Source: Orbicella franksi
Lineage: Eukaryota
Reading direction: 5' to 3'
Assembly: GCA_964199315.1 (NCBI GenBank)
Contig: OZ116707.1
Span: 23,188,001-23,252,000 of the forward strand
DNA length: 64,000 nucleotides
The translations under genes were made by a program, and so were the position numbers. This document shows, piece after piece, positions 20,561-34,273 of the stretch (the stretch's first letter is position 1; each line of letters opens with the position of its first letter). Below the pieces are notes generated by a model, which saw only the letters and a list, made by a program, of their open reading frames with translations, made no database searches and was not told the DNA's origin.

Positions 20561-23500
20561 CTCTTTCGCCCTTGCCCCTAATCATGAGCGTTCTGCCCGA
20601 AAAATTTCACAATTTTCGAAACTTAGTGGTGTGACCCCCCCCCCCCTCCCTTCCCTCTTCTGCTGAAACTCCAGCCCAGCGCTTTTGAATTTCAACAAGC
20701 TCATGAGTTGCTTCCTTTCAACTGAAAAAAATTACATTTTTTACAGTTAAATAATGAACGTTCGGTTGCGCTTAATGCTGGAAGTGTCCTTCTGTCACTT
20801 TTTCACGGTTGATTAGCGAATTCTTCTCGGACAGCAACAATTAGCCCTAATATAACTGAGCAGGGTCGGATATTTTGATTCAGAACTTGTACTATACGTA
20901 TACTTTTGCAGTTTGTACGTGGTGTAGTTTTGTTTGCATTGTTAGTTTTGTTTGCATTAAAGTAGTGTTGAAGTCATACATGACAATAGCCAAAACACCT
21001 TTCAATCTTTTGTGATCATTCAAATAAAGAAACCATTATTACAGCTCGAAGGTGTGTTTACAGCTCACAGCTGAGTCAGGTGTTTTGAACTCTTTAATTT
21101 TGCAAATCATTATATCACTGACATTTTCGATGGCTGGTTCCCAAAAGAAAAACATTCAACTGCCCTATGGTAAGACGTTCGTTCATTCACTATTTTGTGC
21201 AGTGTGGCGTATTTTGGCTATGTTTATTCACAGCGACAGAGTTGAGCTCTTTTGTTGCTTCGTTTGAAACTACCAGAAAGCTGGTAACATCTACCTTCTT
21301 GAGATGGCTCTGAATTTGTTGTTGTGTGGTTTTCGTTTGTATATGTTTTACTGGACTCGGTATCATACGGATCTTGAGCAGATGTTGAAGAAAAATCACC
21401 AAAATATTCGTCAAAATGGACACTGAAAGTTGGAAACTTCCCTTAAAGTAGGTCTTCAGCGTGAAGGAGCTCATAATCGTCATTCAGAAACTGTAATTAA
21501 TTAAATTCGTCAATTTTTTTGGGAAAAAAAACTACAATAACTACAAAGTTTTGGCAATAGTAGTTGCAAAATTCTCCACACAATGGCTTTTTGCCCTTCA
21601 TTTTCCTGAAATTTTATTGATTACTTTAAACTAATCTTGAAATCTGATTGGTGGTTGTGTTTTACTGCCATTCTCATTGGCTGAGAAAAAGATGCGATTT
21701 AGAACAAAAAATAGTGCGATTCGTGAATAAATCGCACCACTGAGAGCCAATCAGATTGCAAGGATCAGCAGTGATTTCAAAATGGATTTAATAAAATTTA
21801 CTATTGTTTTGGTGGCAGATAGTGATAAAAGCATAAATTAGCGTATATATACAACAATGACTTGCAATCAATTCAAGTATAGCCTCTACTGAAACATGAC
21901 TATTTAGAAAAAATCCTTCCTTTCAATAACGCTGCATTTTACCGCCCTTCTGAGGATCTAAAGTTACCCGATTGTTGCTCGAGTCTTACAATGCAACTGA
22001 AATAGCTTTGATTTTGTTTACGTAAGCGAGGAAAAACCAAGTTAGTTCATAGTTTGAACAACTGCAATCATCGTTAAATGTTAATGATGAAATTGACGAC
22101 GATAATTAAAGCCCTGCTTTAACAAATTACTTCCAAAATAGTAATAACTATACTGGGAAGACTTAGAGTTAAAATAAATCTAGATTTACTGTTTCATCTA
22201 ATTTATAAATTTATGAGCTGTTGTTCGTAACTTGGTGGCGATTAAAAAGGCCAGATAATAAAAAAAATTATTGGATAAGGTTTATGTGATATCCAGAATA
22301 ATCAAGGTCGAGGAAGGTGTCATCTGCCGAAGCCCAATCTCAAGTTACCTAGACGCCGGCAAAAATATTATAAGCTTAGCTTTAAAAGAGCGGAAAAAAA
22401 TCTTTTTTGATTCTCGTTAGATCTACTGACCAAGTAATTTCCCTGAGAAGATCACCGCTATTGTATCTTGCACAGCGAAAACTCGGTACAAAGCTATTCG
22501 AGAGTTTACCGACGCCTACATGTTTGGCTTGATGTTTGACTGCATATCATCCTCGCCGTGGGAACTTTCACTGGACCTCTCCGCCCTCATAAATTCACAT
22601 TCCTGTACTAGAACTAGTCCGGAAGGACACTTCTCTTTCTTTGAATGGCAGGTAAAACACTGGAATTTAGTGATCATCCTCACATGCAGATTAATGCAAG
22701 CTAAATTGCTGTGGTTAACTTTTAACACCTAATTGGTACAATCATAGTTGGTACAGGTGCAATTTGGTATTTTCCTTTGTTCCGGTGTATCAGGGAATGT
22801 AATAACACCCAAACTGATCTGAGGGGTATACCAAATTGTACCAAGTTTAATATTGAACTATAATGCAACCCTGAACCTTTACCTTTTCAGATGACTTCGG
22901 GGATATCTTATTTAATCCCTGCACTTTGAAATTCACAAAGGTAGGTTTTTTTACACATGAAAGTAGGTAACTGCTCAACAGATATTTACAAGTGTGAAAC
23001 AATGTTTTACAAGGAAAAGATTTACAGTAAATGTGTTATAGTTTACAAAATAGGGATAATTCAATAAAAAAACAGACTTAATATACAGCTGTTATTAGAA
23101 GAAACGAAGATATTTCAGTACAACAGTGTTAATAATTTATAGAAATGGCAAGTAAATAGCTGCATCTAGTTTAGTGTCCCTCATCAAATTTTAGTTTTCT
23201 GAATATGTGTAAAATCCTGTGTTGCTTTGATTTCCTAAAATCATAACTCAGGCATGATCAGTTGGAAAAACGTCCTGTCTGCAAGATGTCATAAAATGTT
23301 GCGTAGTTTATTATAAGATTTATGAGAGATCTGCTCTAGTGGGAAAATAAATTAACAATCACCAGGAGTCCTGTAAGAACAGTCATTGCATAATTATGTG
23401 AATATTCCAAGCAGGACCTGAAGCCACTAATTTTAATACCTAATAGAATGTTAAAACCTTAGCAGGTTTGGTGGTGATACCAACAGCAGTAAAGGCAGAT

Positions 23501-26452
23501 TTAAACAGTGAGAAAATATCACTGTTCCCATTCACACTAGTGTGTAGACAATACATGCCTGGTTACATGACCCCATAATTGTGACGCCTGGGATGTTTGG
23601 AGCTGTAGGCATACCATGAACTGTGATATATCTGCTAAAGCAACGATTATTTCTTATCGTATGCAACATGCTTTGACTGTATTTCCAAAACAGCCTCTTT
23701 GTTTACTCTTGATGTCATTGCCATGCCGGAACGGATGCTTGCCAATATCTGATCTTAAGCACGCAATTTATGAACCATCACGTTCACAAAATAGCCCTTG
23801 TCCACGTGGTTATTTTCAATGGGTTTTGTATGACCACTAGAACAACGCTTTATCTGAGCAGTTTACCATGACACGACTTCATTTTCCAACCTTTTATTGC
23901 CAGTGGTAATCGCTGCAGTGCGTTTTACAACATTTGCTTGTTACACGTACATTAGGGTATCAGTAAGGTACTAAGTAGATAAAATGCGTCTGAGAATAAA
24001 CCATTTTTACAATTTCAGTTCGCTGCGCGCTGATCACTAGTTTAGGTTTAAAAAATAAATAAAAAATAGATGCATAAATAAATGATGGTATTTTTGTATC
24101 TCGATATTTACGCCGTGTGTCGATGTTGGACATAGTAGAAGAACAGTTTTAGAATAAACTCCCTGTGAAAATAACATCAAAATCGAACCCTCTCAATATA
24201 TTTGCAATCACTAGTAATGAAATGAAGGATCACTCTTTACTTTATAAGTTATTAATCCTGATCCTGAGGAGAAAGCTTGAGTACCAAAAAAAAATCCATT
24301 ATTTCATTGAGTACCTCCATCTTCTTGCCCCCAGACAAATTTTAATCTGCTGATATCAATGTTCACTGAAACAGCATGTTGGCCGTGCTTTACTCCAAAT
24401 GTCCTCTCTACGACCCATTTGGCAATCGTTATCAAGACTAAATGTGTGACTCTAAACTATTGAGAATTCAGCGTTGGTGTATAGAACGCAAGATTGAAAC
24501 CAACTTATTAGATTTGCATAGTTAGTAAAGCTGTTTATAATGCTACGGTACCCTATCGTATATCAATCAAAAATTTTTTATACTACCGAAGTGTGTATCT
24601 AAGTGTAACGGGATATATATAAAGTATAAATTATAATGCAAACACATGTGTTGACTCCACTGACTTGGCTGCGTCCCTTTAGAACTAAACGTTGTGGTCC
24701 AGTAAAAGGAAAATCCACAGACCAGCAACCTATACTGAAGGACCGTCAATTACGACCGAGTTCTGGGTTTCTGACTCTGTTTCTTTAAATGCTACTTTTC
24801 GCATAGAAGAATGGAATCGAATGGAAAGTCATTAGCTTATAATCTTTGAATAATCTATCCACAAAATGGATACATGTATTAGGCGTTATGTAGTTTTCGT
24901 TATTCATTTACCACTGAGTCAACTTTCAGTTTTGGGAACAGCAAAATACGATAGCAAATATATCAAAAGATATGTTTACTCCGTACCAGACGACAGTAGA
25001 CCTTTTTACGATTAATTGACCTCATTTTCATTACAATGTAATTTAGCGTGGTATGAGACGTGAAAATTGGACCTTGAAAATTGCCCTAACTGCTTCATAC
25101 ACGCCGTATTATATTGTAACTGGCAAATTAGAAAAGTTAACAGTGAAAAGGGGTATTTATGTTTCGAACCTTGTGTATTGCAGATTACTTATACACAATT
25201 GTTTTCAATTCAGCAGTACTTCGCTAATTCCCAAAAATGTCTAAAGTAAGGCTTTTAATTAGCAACGGGAAGCGATCGATAACGAGAAAGACTTTCGGGA
25301 TGCCACTTATGGTTATATAAGTCGTCTTTCGAAATCAGGATCTCTTTACGACTAAACTAACATTGATTTTTCGCGCTTTCTAAATGTTTCATTCCATCTT
25401 TAGTGGATGATAGCACTCACCTGGAAACGCTGTCCTTCAAGCAAACGTTCGGTTCTCTTCTGCTTCTTTTCACAGCCAATAATGGTAATAACTCCCTCAT
25501 TTATGAGTCAGGGCTAAAATAAAGTCGATAGTTATTGAACAACGCAATTCGAATATTTTAGACTCTGTTAGTGACAGATCTGATAATATAAGCATAAATT
25601 ATCGAATATAACAATAAAAACGCCAATGTCTGTGGTCTCTTGGGAAACAACAGCCTTTTTCTAAATCCTTCCTTTCAAGGGTACGGCATTTTATAGCCCA
25701 CTAATGGTCGCTAACAAAGAGTCGGTGGCAAATATTTATCTGAGGTTGAGAACGTATGCGTAGATAAACAAAAATGTAACGTCCTATATTAAACAAGTGC
25801 AAGTGTCTTGATAAGTCAAATATCAAAGTGAAAGATCTTAAATGAATATTACTTTTTCATTGAGTACATCAGAGAACATGACCAAAGCATACAATCATAC
25901 AATGATACACTAAGGCGGCTTATATTAAGGAATCTTGTATTCTGTTTTAAGTTGTCCTCAAATTCATTGGATTGACTTGTTCAATGTAATGTAATTTAGA
26001 ATTTTCATTAAAGATTAAAGATTAAATGTATATTTTCTAAATTCAGAGTTTTCTCTCTCGTGGCTCAACGTTATTTTGTAATCAGAAACAGAAAACATAA
26101 CACATCTGCAACCATTAACACTTTGACTCAAGAACAAGTTTTAAAGAAATTAAATTTTGAAAAATATGGCGGATTGAAAAATCGACGATGGATGGATGTC
26201 GATTAACACGACAATGCAGATATCACCCTGTGGGAAATCGTGCAGCATGACTGAATATTTAAATTGATTCAAGAATCCTAATTCCTCTCCACAGAGAGAT
26301 AAACATCACTTTTGTTGTTCCAGCTAGCTTGTAAAATCAACGCACTTTTGTCTTCTGCCTTTTGTCATTTATCCTTAAACGTGATTAGATTTGTGTTTAC
26401 GGTGAATGAGCGGATTTAGGGCGAGAGGCGTTGGGGCACCCAGCCCCAGCGC

Positions 26453-26815
26453 GGGGGGGGGGGGGGGGGGGGAAGACTCTCATATAAAAAGGACGGGGTT
26501 CCTTGTCGGAAATTTCGAAAGGAAAATCCAAGAAGTACCAAGATCCTGTTTTGTGGGCGTGGCTTGAAGATTTTTTCACCTCTGAGAGGTTTCATTCTAA
26601 AACAACACATAACTGACACTTACTTCCATAATTTTTGATCGCGATTAAGGCGATTGCTTCGAATTCCTTCTACTTGTAAAGTTGATTGTCAAATATCTCC
26701 TGTCATATTGTTTTTGGCTCAATACCCTAAAAGGTACTATGAAAACTCCCGCTGTGTATTTTTTGAGCCCGCTAAACATCTCTAGGGGTACCAAACCGCT
26801 TTTTTTTTAACCCGT
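26453..26815. mobile_element. Partial MITE-like repeat with a G20 run at its left end
   Basis: G run 26453-26472 and four degenerate CTAAGAGGTACC-like internal repeats (26528, 26582, 26727, 26782). Left end resembles those at 361 and 54400. Confidence 0.45.
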
Positions 26816-28246
26816 AACTGCTTCTTCTCCGGGGCACCCAACAACACTACGACCTCCCTCGCTCCTCGCTCGTATAGGACCATCACTAAATGCTCGCTTA
26901 TGGGGAGTGTCCACACTGAAGTGTTCGTTATAGCAGGCATTCGACTAGGTTTCGTAAAATTCCCAATATATCATCCCCCTGAAAGCAACGCCCCTATCCC
27001 CACCCCCTTTCCCCTCGAAAGTACCTTCCAAAAATTTGTGGCCGCTAATAAATTCCAAAATGATTAAGGTACTCGCGATCTACTACAAGGGAAGGAATCG
27101 TTTATGCCTAGAAGCGTTGTGAAATCTCACTTCGTGCTTTACGAGTTGATGTCGCAGTATAAAAACAAAACCCGTAGAATTTTGCTTGGGTATAGCTAAA
27201 ACGGTAACGAACTAACAGGAACTTTTCCCTTGAAATTGCCGAAAACTCTGCATCATTTTCCACAGGATCGTATCTAATGTATCATTTCATCAAATTAAAA
27301 TTGAATGCCGAGATCAGTTGATACAGCAGACTACCATAGCAGCTCATAGCAGCGCGTCATGAAGTACAAACAGCTTACGATATCTGACTGCCTTTGCTGT
27401 CGACCACCGACAACACGGTCTAATTTTCAGCAACATAATTTTCAATTGGTGGAATTTCATGTCATGCATGTTTTAATTATGAACCTTTTATTAGAATTTC
27501 CGCTTAGTCGCACCAGCTTTATATATCTGTTTTTTGTCAACCAGATTTAACCCTCTTCCCCCCCCCCACCCCACAACCCCCGCTCTCGAAAGTAACGGCC
27601 CCCCGAAAGAAGCGAGCCTCAGCCCCAAAGGCTGCTAATTTTAAAAGTAACGAAGGTCGTTACTTTCGGAGTTTTGAGATGTGTATATCAAGAGATTTTT
27701 TTCTCGAGTAATTTCTTAACTGTGCACTGACAACATATGAACAAAAGTTTGATATATCGAAAACTCCATAAAAGTATTAGACGGCTGAAACACGTTTCAA
27801 ACGTCTAGGACCTCTTTATTTTGAAAATGACTTGGGATCAACAACAGTGGCAACTCAATCTTTTACGTAATGCCATAGTTAAAGACATTAAAAGAGTATG
27901 GTTTTGAAGCGCGGCAAACTTCAAAGAATGACACCAAAAATGCCAAGATTTATTTTGCAAGGTCCTAGATCGTGCGCACCTTGTGGTTTGTGCACGGTCA
28001 AGGTCAAAAAAACAAACAAAAAGATGCAACAATAATTGAGGAAAAAATCCGGTTTGAAATGCTGTGTAACTGTCGACGTGTTCTTTATAGTATTAGACTA
28101 CTGTAGGCTTTGTTTTCAGTTGGTGGCGTTTAAAGGAATGGTGTTGGTGACAACAAGTTCCAAATGTTAAGACGAAATTGTCCCCGTAGAATAACCTTTG
28201 TCATGGAGGTATGTTAATTCCGAATATCCATCCATCCCCTCTGTAG

Positions 28247-29164
28247 CTATGATAATGAACCAGTCTTTACTTGAATCTCAGGGTGAATAGCTGATTGTCT
28301 AACGGGGGTGCTTCCACTCCGTCCGAAACACTTTAAATATATTCTTTTGACACCCGCTTTCAAACTTATTTTGAACATAGGCAACCGAAAGCAGTAAATA
28401 ATCGGGTTCATCAGAGACTGAATAGCAAAAAGTAGGAACACCCAGTCCAGCCCTTTCCGACTTGGTTGAATGCAGTTGCTACAAACTCGAGTTATTGCCA
28501 AATACAGCATAGCAGGAGACCACGTGACCATGAAACCTCCACTGATCAGTAGTAGAGTGACAGCCAAAGCCTTTTCCTTTTCTTGGTCGGCTAAATCACC
28601 GAGGTTTTGTCGTCGCCTTCGTTGAAATGAAATCCAAATGATCATGTAGCCAGAAACTATAATAGCTATCACTACGATGGTGGTTGTTAATATTATAACT
28701 GAGGAAATTAAATCCTGTTTCAAAATTCCAGCTGTTTCAAACGTATTGAACGTTGTTAAAATCGCCGCTGAAATCCAAATCGACTTGACGGTTATTACGA
28801 AGACTCTCCGGGATAGAACTCTGTGACGTAGAGGCCTAACTGTGGCGTGCATTCTTTCCACTGCAATCCCAGCAAGGGTAAGGACTGACGCCAATTTAGA
28901 AAGTCTACTAAGTATATGCAACATCAAATAAGAAATAATCGATGGCTGTAACAGATGGATCACGTACAATGGTATCCCTGTAGCTAAAAACAAAAGGTCA
29001 GCCACACTAAGGTTTATAATCATCACGTGCTTTCGAGTTCGGAGTGCTTTGGTCTTGAAGAAGACGTACAATGTCACAATATTTACCACGACTGCAATAG
29101 TACCAACAACAGCAAAAGCTACAGTCCAAGCAGTTGCATCGGCATTTCTTTCAATGAACTTCAT
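28247..29164 (-). CDS. Class A GPCR, 305 aa, single coding exon
   Basis: 7TM; NLSVAD, VERMH, TWSP, CSNC in ECL3, NPIIY. Candidate acceptors end at 29171 and 29186. Confidence 0.93.
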   Translation of the reverse strand: MKFIERNADATAWTVAFAVVGTIAVVVNIVTLYVFFKTKALRTRKHVMIINLSVADLLFLATGIPLYVIHLLQPSIISYLMLHILSRLSKLASVLTLAGIAVERMHATVRPLRHRVLSRRVFVITVKSIWISAAILTTFNTFETAGILKQDLISSVIILTTTIVVIAIIVSGYMIIWISFQRRRRQNLGDLADQEKEKALAVTLLLISGGFMVTWSPAMLYLAITRVCSNCIQPSRKGLDWVFLLFAIQSLMNPIIYCFRLPMFKISLKAGVKRIYLKCFGRSGSTPVRQSAIHPEIQVKTGSLS

Positions 29165-32100
29165 TGCCTCCTAAATATTTTGAAACTAAAAAGAGAATAC
29201 AATTGTTAATAAATATGTCATCATCGACTCCAAAAAAAAAAAAAAAAATAGCATTTCCTACTTTATTAAACACTAGGTAAATAATAATGTGAATAACGGA
29301 AAACAAAATCAGCCACTCAAATTAAGTATACCGGAATAGTTCTAACTCCTTTTTGAGAGGTGACAATCTAATACATCGTACGTAAGGTAATTTATTAATG
29401 ATCCTAACAATCGTGATGTTTTTAATGAACTTCCTACACCCGTTTTGTTAAGTAATCATCATTGAAACTGCTTTAGTGGACATTCTGCCGATTTAAGGGA
29501 AAAGCATCAGCATCGTTACTTCGTCTCCTTCACAAAATTTTACCGCAAAAATTATCGCCATTTTATACTCTTTGCTTTCAGTTTGATGCCTGGGTTTCAG
29601 GTTGATTTGTTTGTTTGTTTGGTTTTGGGGGGGTAGGTGACGTCAAATCAACAGAAAAGGACAGGTTTCCTTAATCAGCCGTGTTTCAAAATAAGAGAAC
29701 CAAATTACAAACTTCACGTGATGAAGGAAACCTTCGTAACAAACTTCGTTTCAAACAAGCCAAAAAATAGCTCTATCAATGAGAATGTTTCCTGTCCATG
29801 AGCAGAATCGAATGGAAAATATTTGAAACAAGGGAACGCTCCCTCTAAACGTCAACAAAGATTCTGCTAGCACCGTATACGTTTTGCTGTCGAGGAAAGA
29901 CGGACTGACATGGTACCCTGCCAATATAAACGTCTTTGCAGTTATGCCACGACGAGGCCTGCCAGTAACAGCTCTACAGTTTAAAAGAATGTCAAAAGCA
30001 CCACTGCTCCAAGTTCATGATTTCAAAAATTACCCACGGTACACATTATGACCGAAAAGTCACTTATAAGCAAATCTGACAAATCACTTACTAAACCGTC
30101 GTATACCTGCTGCATTATTTTATCAATTCGGTCTATATATATATCATTACGAGAACAACTGATGGAGTCGAGTTTGATTAAAACGTAAACGAACTTTATA
30201 CCAAAAATATAGATATTAAATATTTTAGACGCAACGCTAATTCGTGTTTAGAATTTAAAGACCCATCATGCCATGTGAAGGACTAAATTAGCAATAGTAG
30301 CAATATTACTCACCGTTTATGAAAATTCATGTAATCCTCCTCTTACCTACATACGTTGCTGAAGCTCAAACCAAGTAATAAAAGTCGTTCACTCCTGTTC
30401 TTCTTATTCCGTTACCTAAAATGGGAACTAAAAATAAAACACTAATAATAGAAACCGACAAAAATGAACTTGTGTTCGCAAAAGAGCGAGAAAACTTTCT
30501 TTTGTTTACAAGCAATAACGCTAAGGGCTTTCAGGTTTTGTAAACTTTACTTGCGCAAATCAAAATAAAGGAACTCTTTGTTTTCATAAGCAGTCGCTGC
30601 ATGAATGACGCATTCACATCACCATCCTAACCCACCACCCTTAATTGCACCATGACTACCATGGTGTAATAATTACAGATCAGTACGTGATTGCGGCAGT
30701 CTTCATATGAAGGTACATAAGCAAATCAGAGATCCTCTGGGATGCTAAACAGTTATTAAGCAAGAAGGAACCATTATGCTGACTGAATTTCATTAGATAC
30801 TTGAGCGAATTTAACAAAATGAAAATAAACAATGGCAGCAAAGAAAATTAAGGCCCACAAGGGACTGGTTTTGGTGTTCAGTAGAACATTCGTCAAAATC
30901 GTTTCTGTTTTGTTTATTTTTTCATTATTAAAGACGGCAAATTTGTTCTTCCAAGATTTCTTTTAAGTGAGCTAAGTGCGTTTGATTGGGATATCGTATT
31001 CTTTTATTTAAGGGATCAATTTGTTTGGATAATTTTTTTTGGAACCGCATTTGAACCTGTAGTTATGATAAGCACGGTACGTCATTGCGTACCATCCCAT
31101 AGTCAGACCTTATAAACTGCAGCGGAACACTGTTTTAATGCAGAACGATAATCTTCGGCCATGCCAAAGTTACCTACAATGATAGAAAATACCTTGGACA
31201 AAACCCCGCTATAGCAAACCCTGCTTTGAGAAAAGCAATTCCCTGACCGTTGGCGCTTCGTCTTCGGGTTTTAGTTCGCTGAAATACGGTGAATCAGAAT
31301 AAGCGATGGTGCGCCTTTTATGGAAAAAAACGATAAATTTTGTTGTTCTAGTTTGTCATGTGAATTAAGTACATATACAGCTAGCATTCTATTCATGTCA
31401 TCGATGAAATGACATAGCTCTTAAAATAACTTGTCAACAAATTTTACTTTCAATTCAATGCTCCAAAGCATGAGAGAGGTGGCACGCTCTGCGATTACTG
31501 AATCCGCGACTACTGAACCGCCCTAAGCGCGAGCTTTTGAAATCGCTAGTTTTACAGCAATATCGAGACTGTTTAGGACCAAAACGTATCATTTAAGAGA
31601 ATTGGGTTCTATTTTTACAGCTGTTTGAGAAAGGCTGCCGCACAAAAGCGTGAAAGCGGACGCAGTGATGCCGAAAGGGACTGAGTAGTGACAGATTACC
31701 ATTGCTTCGTCGAAGTTGTTTCAGCACGATAGATGGAGACAGCTGAATGTGCGTATTCATAGTTTCTATTTCGTTGGCGCTGGAACATCGTGAACTCCGA
31801 TCAAACAACTGATAACTTTCCCTACCCTCAATTTAATTCTACATTGATGTCTACACTTTTTTTCTCAAAAAAGCTGTAGCAAAATGCGCACTATTCTCAA
31901 CAAGATGCGCTCTGTGCACACTACAGTTTTGAATAAAAGTGAAACTGATCATACTCACCCCGAAATCACAAACCGTCATTTGCGATCTCCTTTGAACTAG
32001 TGTCGTAAACAGTAATAACAAACGAGCAAAAGGAAGCTTTTCAAGGCTCAGTTACAGCATTGTGACGTTAACGTACACATACAATTGTGACGCTAATGAT

Positions 32101-33341
32101 GCATTGAAAGGTTTTGAAAGTCATTGCCAAGCACACTCCACTGTTTTTAAAGATCACTTTGAATACAGTGACAGGTAGTCTTAATAAGCATATAAAATGG
32201 TCGGATGTCTTTTCGATGATTTCTATTTACGCTGGATCGATTTAGCAAGCTATTGACAGCGATAGCAAAAAAGGTGCTCAACCCGGGTAACTCTCAATTA
32301 GTTCCAATGAAACAAAACGTCAATCGTTTTGTTCTTTATATAGGGAAAATAACGATCTCGTTACTGCTCTAAGGCGTTGATTACCATGTAATTTAAAGGT
32401 GGGTTTCTCTCGATTTAAGTCATGCTCAGCCACTATTAAAATGCACTGTATTATAAAAAAAGTCGCAAATAACTAGAAGTACCCATCTAAACATATTTTT
32501 GGTTTAGAAATGAAATTAATTTTGCTTAGGTAAGGTTCTGAGTTGGCTGAGACTTTAAAATAACCTGTAACCGCCAATTAAAATTTTTTAATGTCACTTA
32601 TTGGAAAATATGACAGCATGCTAAGTTTCTTGCTGCTCAGTCCTCAACAGAAACCAGAAGTATACTTACGGTGTTGCGGCTCTCAACTTATCATGATGGA
32701 ACTGGTGTACTAAATTTGTTTGTTTTTGAACACCATCATGAATAAGTGCCTCATGGAATTCGTGACAACTTTGCTGTCATTCAGGTTGGCAGCGATTCAA
32801 TTTTACGAACTTTATGCTTTATTTTTGCAGGCTACTGTACACCTTATTTTGCATTGGGCAACTTCAGTTTTCTTTGTTTAGTTTGGTTACTTTACAACTG
32901 TCATTGTCAATCCATCGAAAGGGACTGGATCTGTTGATTCTACGGTTAATTTTGAGCTTTAAACTTCAAATTGGCACGGCAACTTGTTGGCAAACAAGGA
33001 TAATTGCTGAGCATTACAAATATACACTTTCATACAAATTGGGATAAAACTGATTGTAGTAGATCAGACGTTTTCCAAGTTCCACTTTATTCGGCAAAAC
33101 TTTTTAATCTTTTAGTGAATTCTATGACCTTAAATTGTGTGCCTTAGCTCCGTTAAACTAAGGCTCCTCAAAAAACTAAAAAAATGTATTTAATTCAGTT
33201 TGAAGGATGTTGGTCAATTGCAGGTTGCCCCCTACCATGCCTGCCTGTTTGTCCCAGCACGATCGACAATCTTTCCTGACAGTTTTCAGGTACCTGTTCA
33301 AGCCGGATAGCCACCCTTACACCATTTCATTATATTAAGTT

Positions 33342-33586
33342 CTCGTCCACGCTGCACCGGAGAATTGGAAAACGCCGCTGTGGCATCAAATGTTTTACGT
33401 CCACACTAAGACAGAGGAATTTGAACAATCGCCGGCAGCAGAAACGCTTTACTGCACCCTTGAGGATTAGGGTTAATCACATTGAAACGCTAAAACTCAA
33501 AGCCGCCGTTTTCAAATTCCTCCAGTTTGAAGAGCGTTTTTTGAAAAGCTCTGGATCCGTTTTTGGTCCGGATTAGTGTGGACCTT
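33342..33586. mobile_element. Degenerate MITE-like repeat
   Basis: Two CGTCCAC(A/G)CT ... GGA(G)AATT.GAA motifs (33345, 33398) and their reverse complements TTTTCAAATTCCTCC (~33510) and AGTGTGGAC (~33575). Confidence 0.45.
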
Positions 33587-34273
33587 AGTGCTTGCCGTAG
33601 AAGAAGAAATTCAATCCGACATGCTAAAGATGGCTGCTTTCCTTCAAACAGGGGAAAAGTGACGATTAAACAAATTGTAGTAGAACCTGGTTTTAACGGC
33701 CACGCAGTCGGGAATTCGCAAATTGATAAAACCTTTTTGCCAAAAACTACCTTGTACATGGACGTTGTTGAATACCAATTTTATTACTGAGAACATTCAT
33801 CATTCAAACTAAATGTAAAAAAGAGTTAATCTCTACCTTAAACGAACGCGTCAATTCTCAGCTATTAATTAAACCTTATCAGGAATCTCTATTTATCATT
33901 TAAGTAAAGTAGTTCCGAGGTTTCAACATCAAGGTCGCCCATAAGCCCATTCGCACCATCTCGAACACACTTTAAAAGCCAAACGGACAAGATCGAGAAA
34001 GAGGCTTCCAGAGGAATCGTGTACAAGATCAAATGTAAAGACTGAGTGTGTTTACGTTGGTCAGACATCATGCGCGCTAAAAACACGCGTAAAGGAACAC
34101 GCAAAGGCCATTGCCACATTGAATAAAAACTCTTTGTTGACTAAACACCATATGCTTCACAATCACCAAATAGATTTGGAGAGTGTTGAAATTGTTGACA
34201 GATCATCGACGTGGCGACAAAGACTAATCCTTGAAGCTTGGCATTCCATGCGGGATAGGAACGCTATAAACGT

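Noticed and set aside
22500-23850. Possible decayed transposase (Cys/His-rich fragments)
   Set aside because: The fragments could not be joined into a recognisable motif in any frame.
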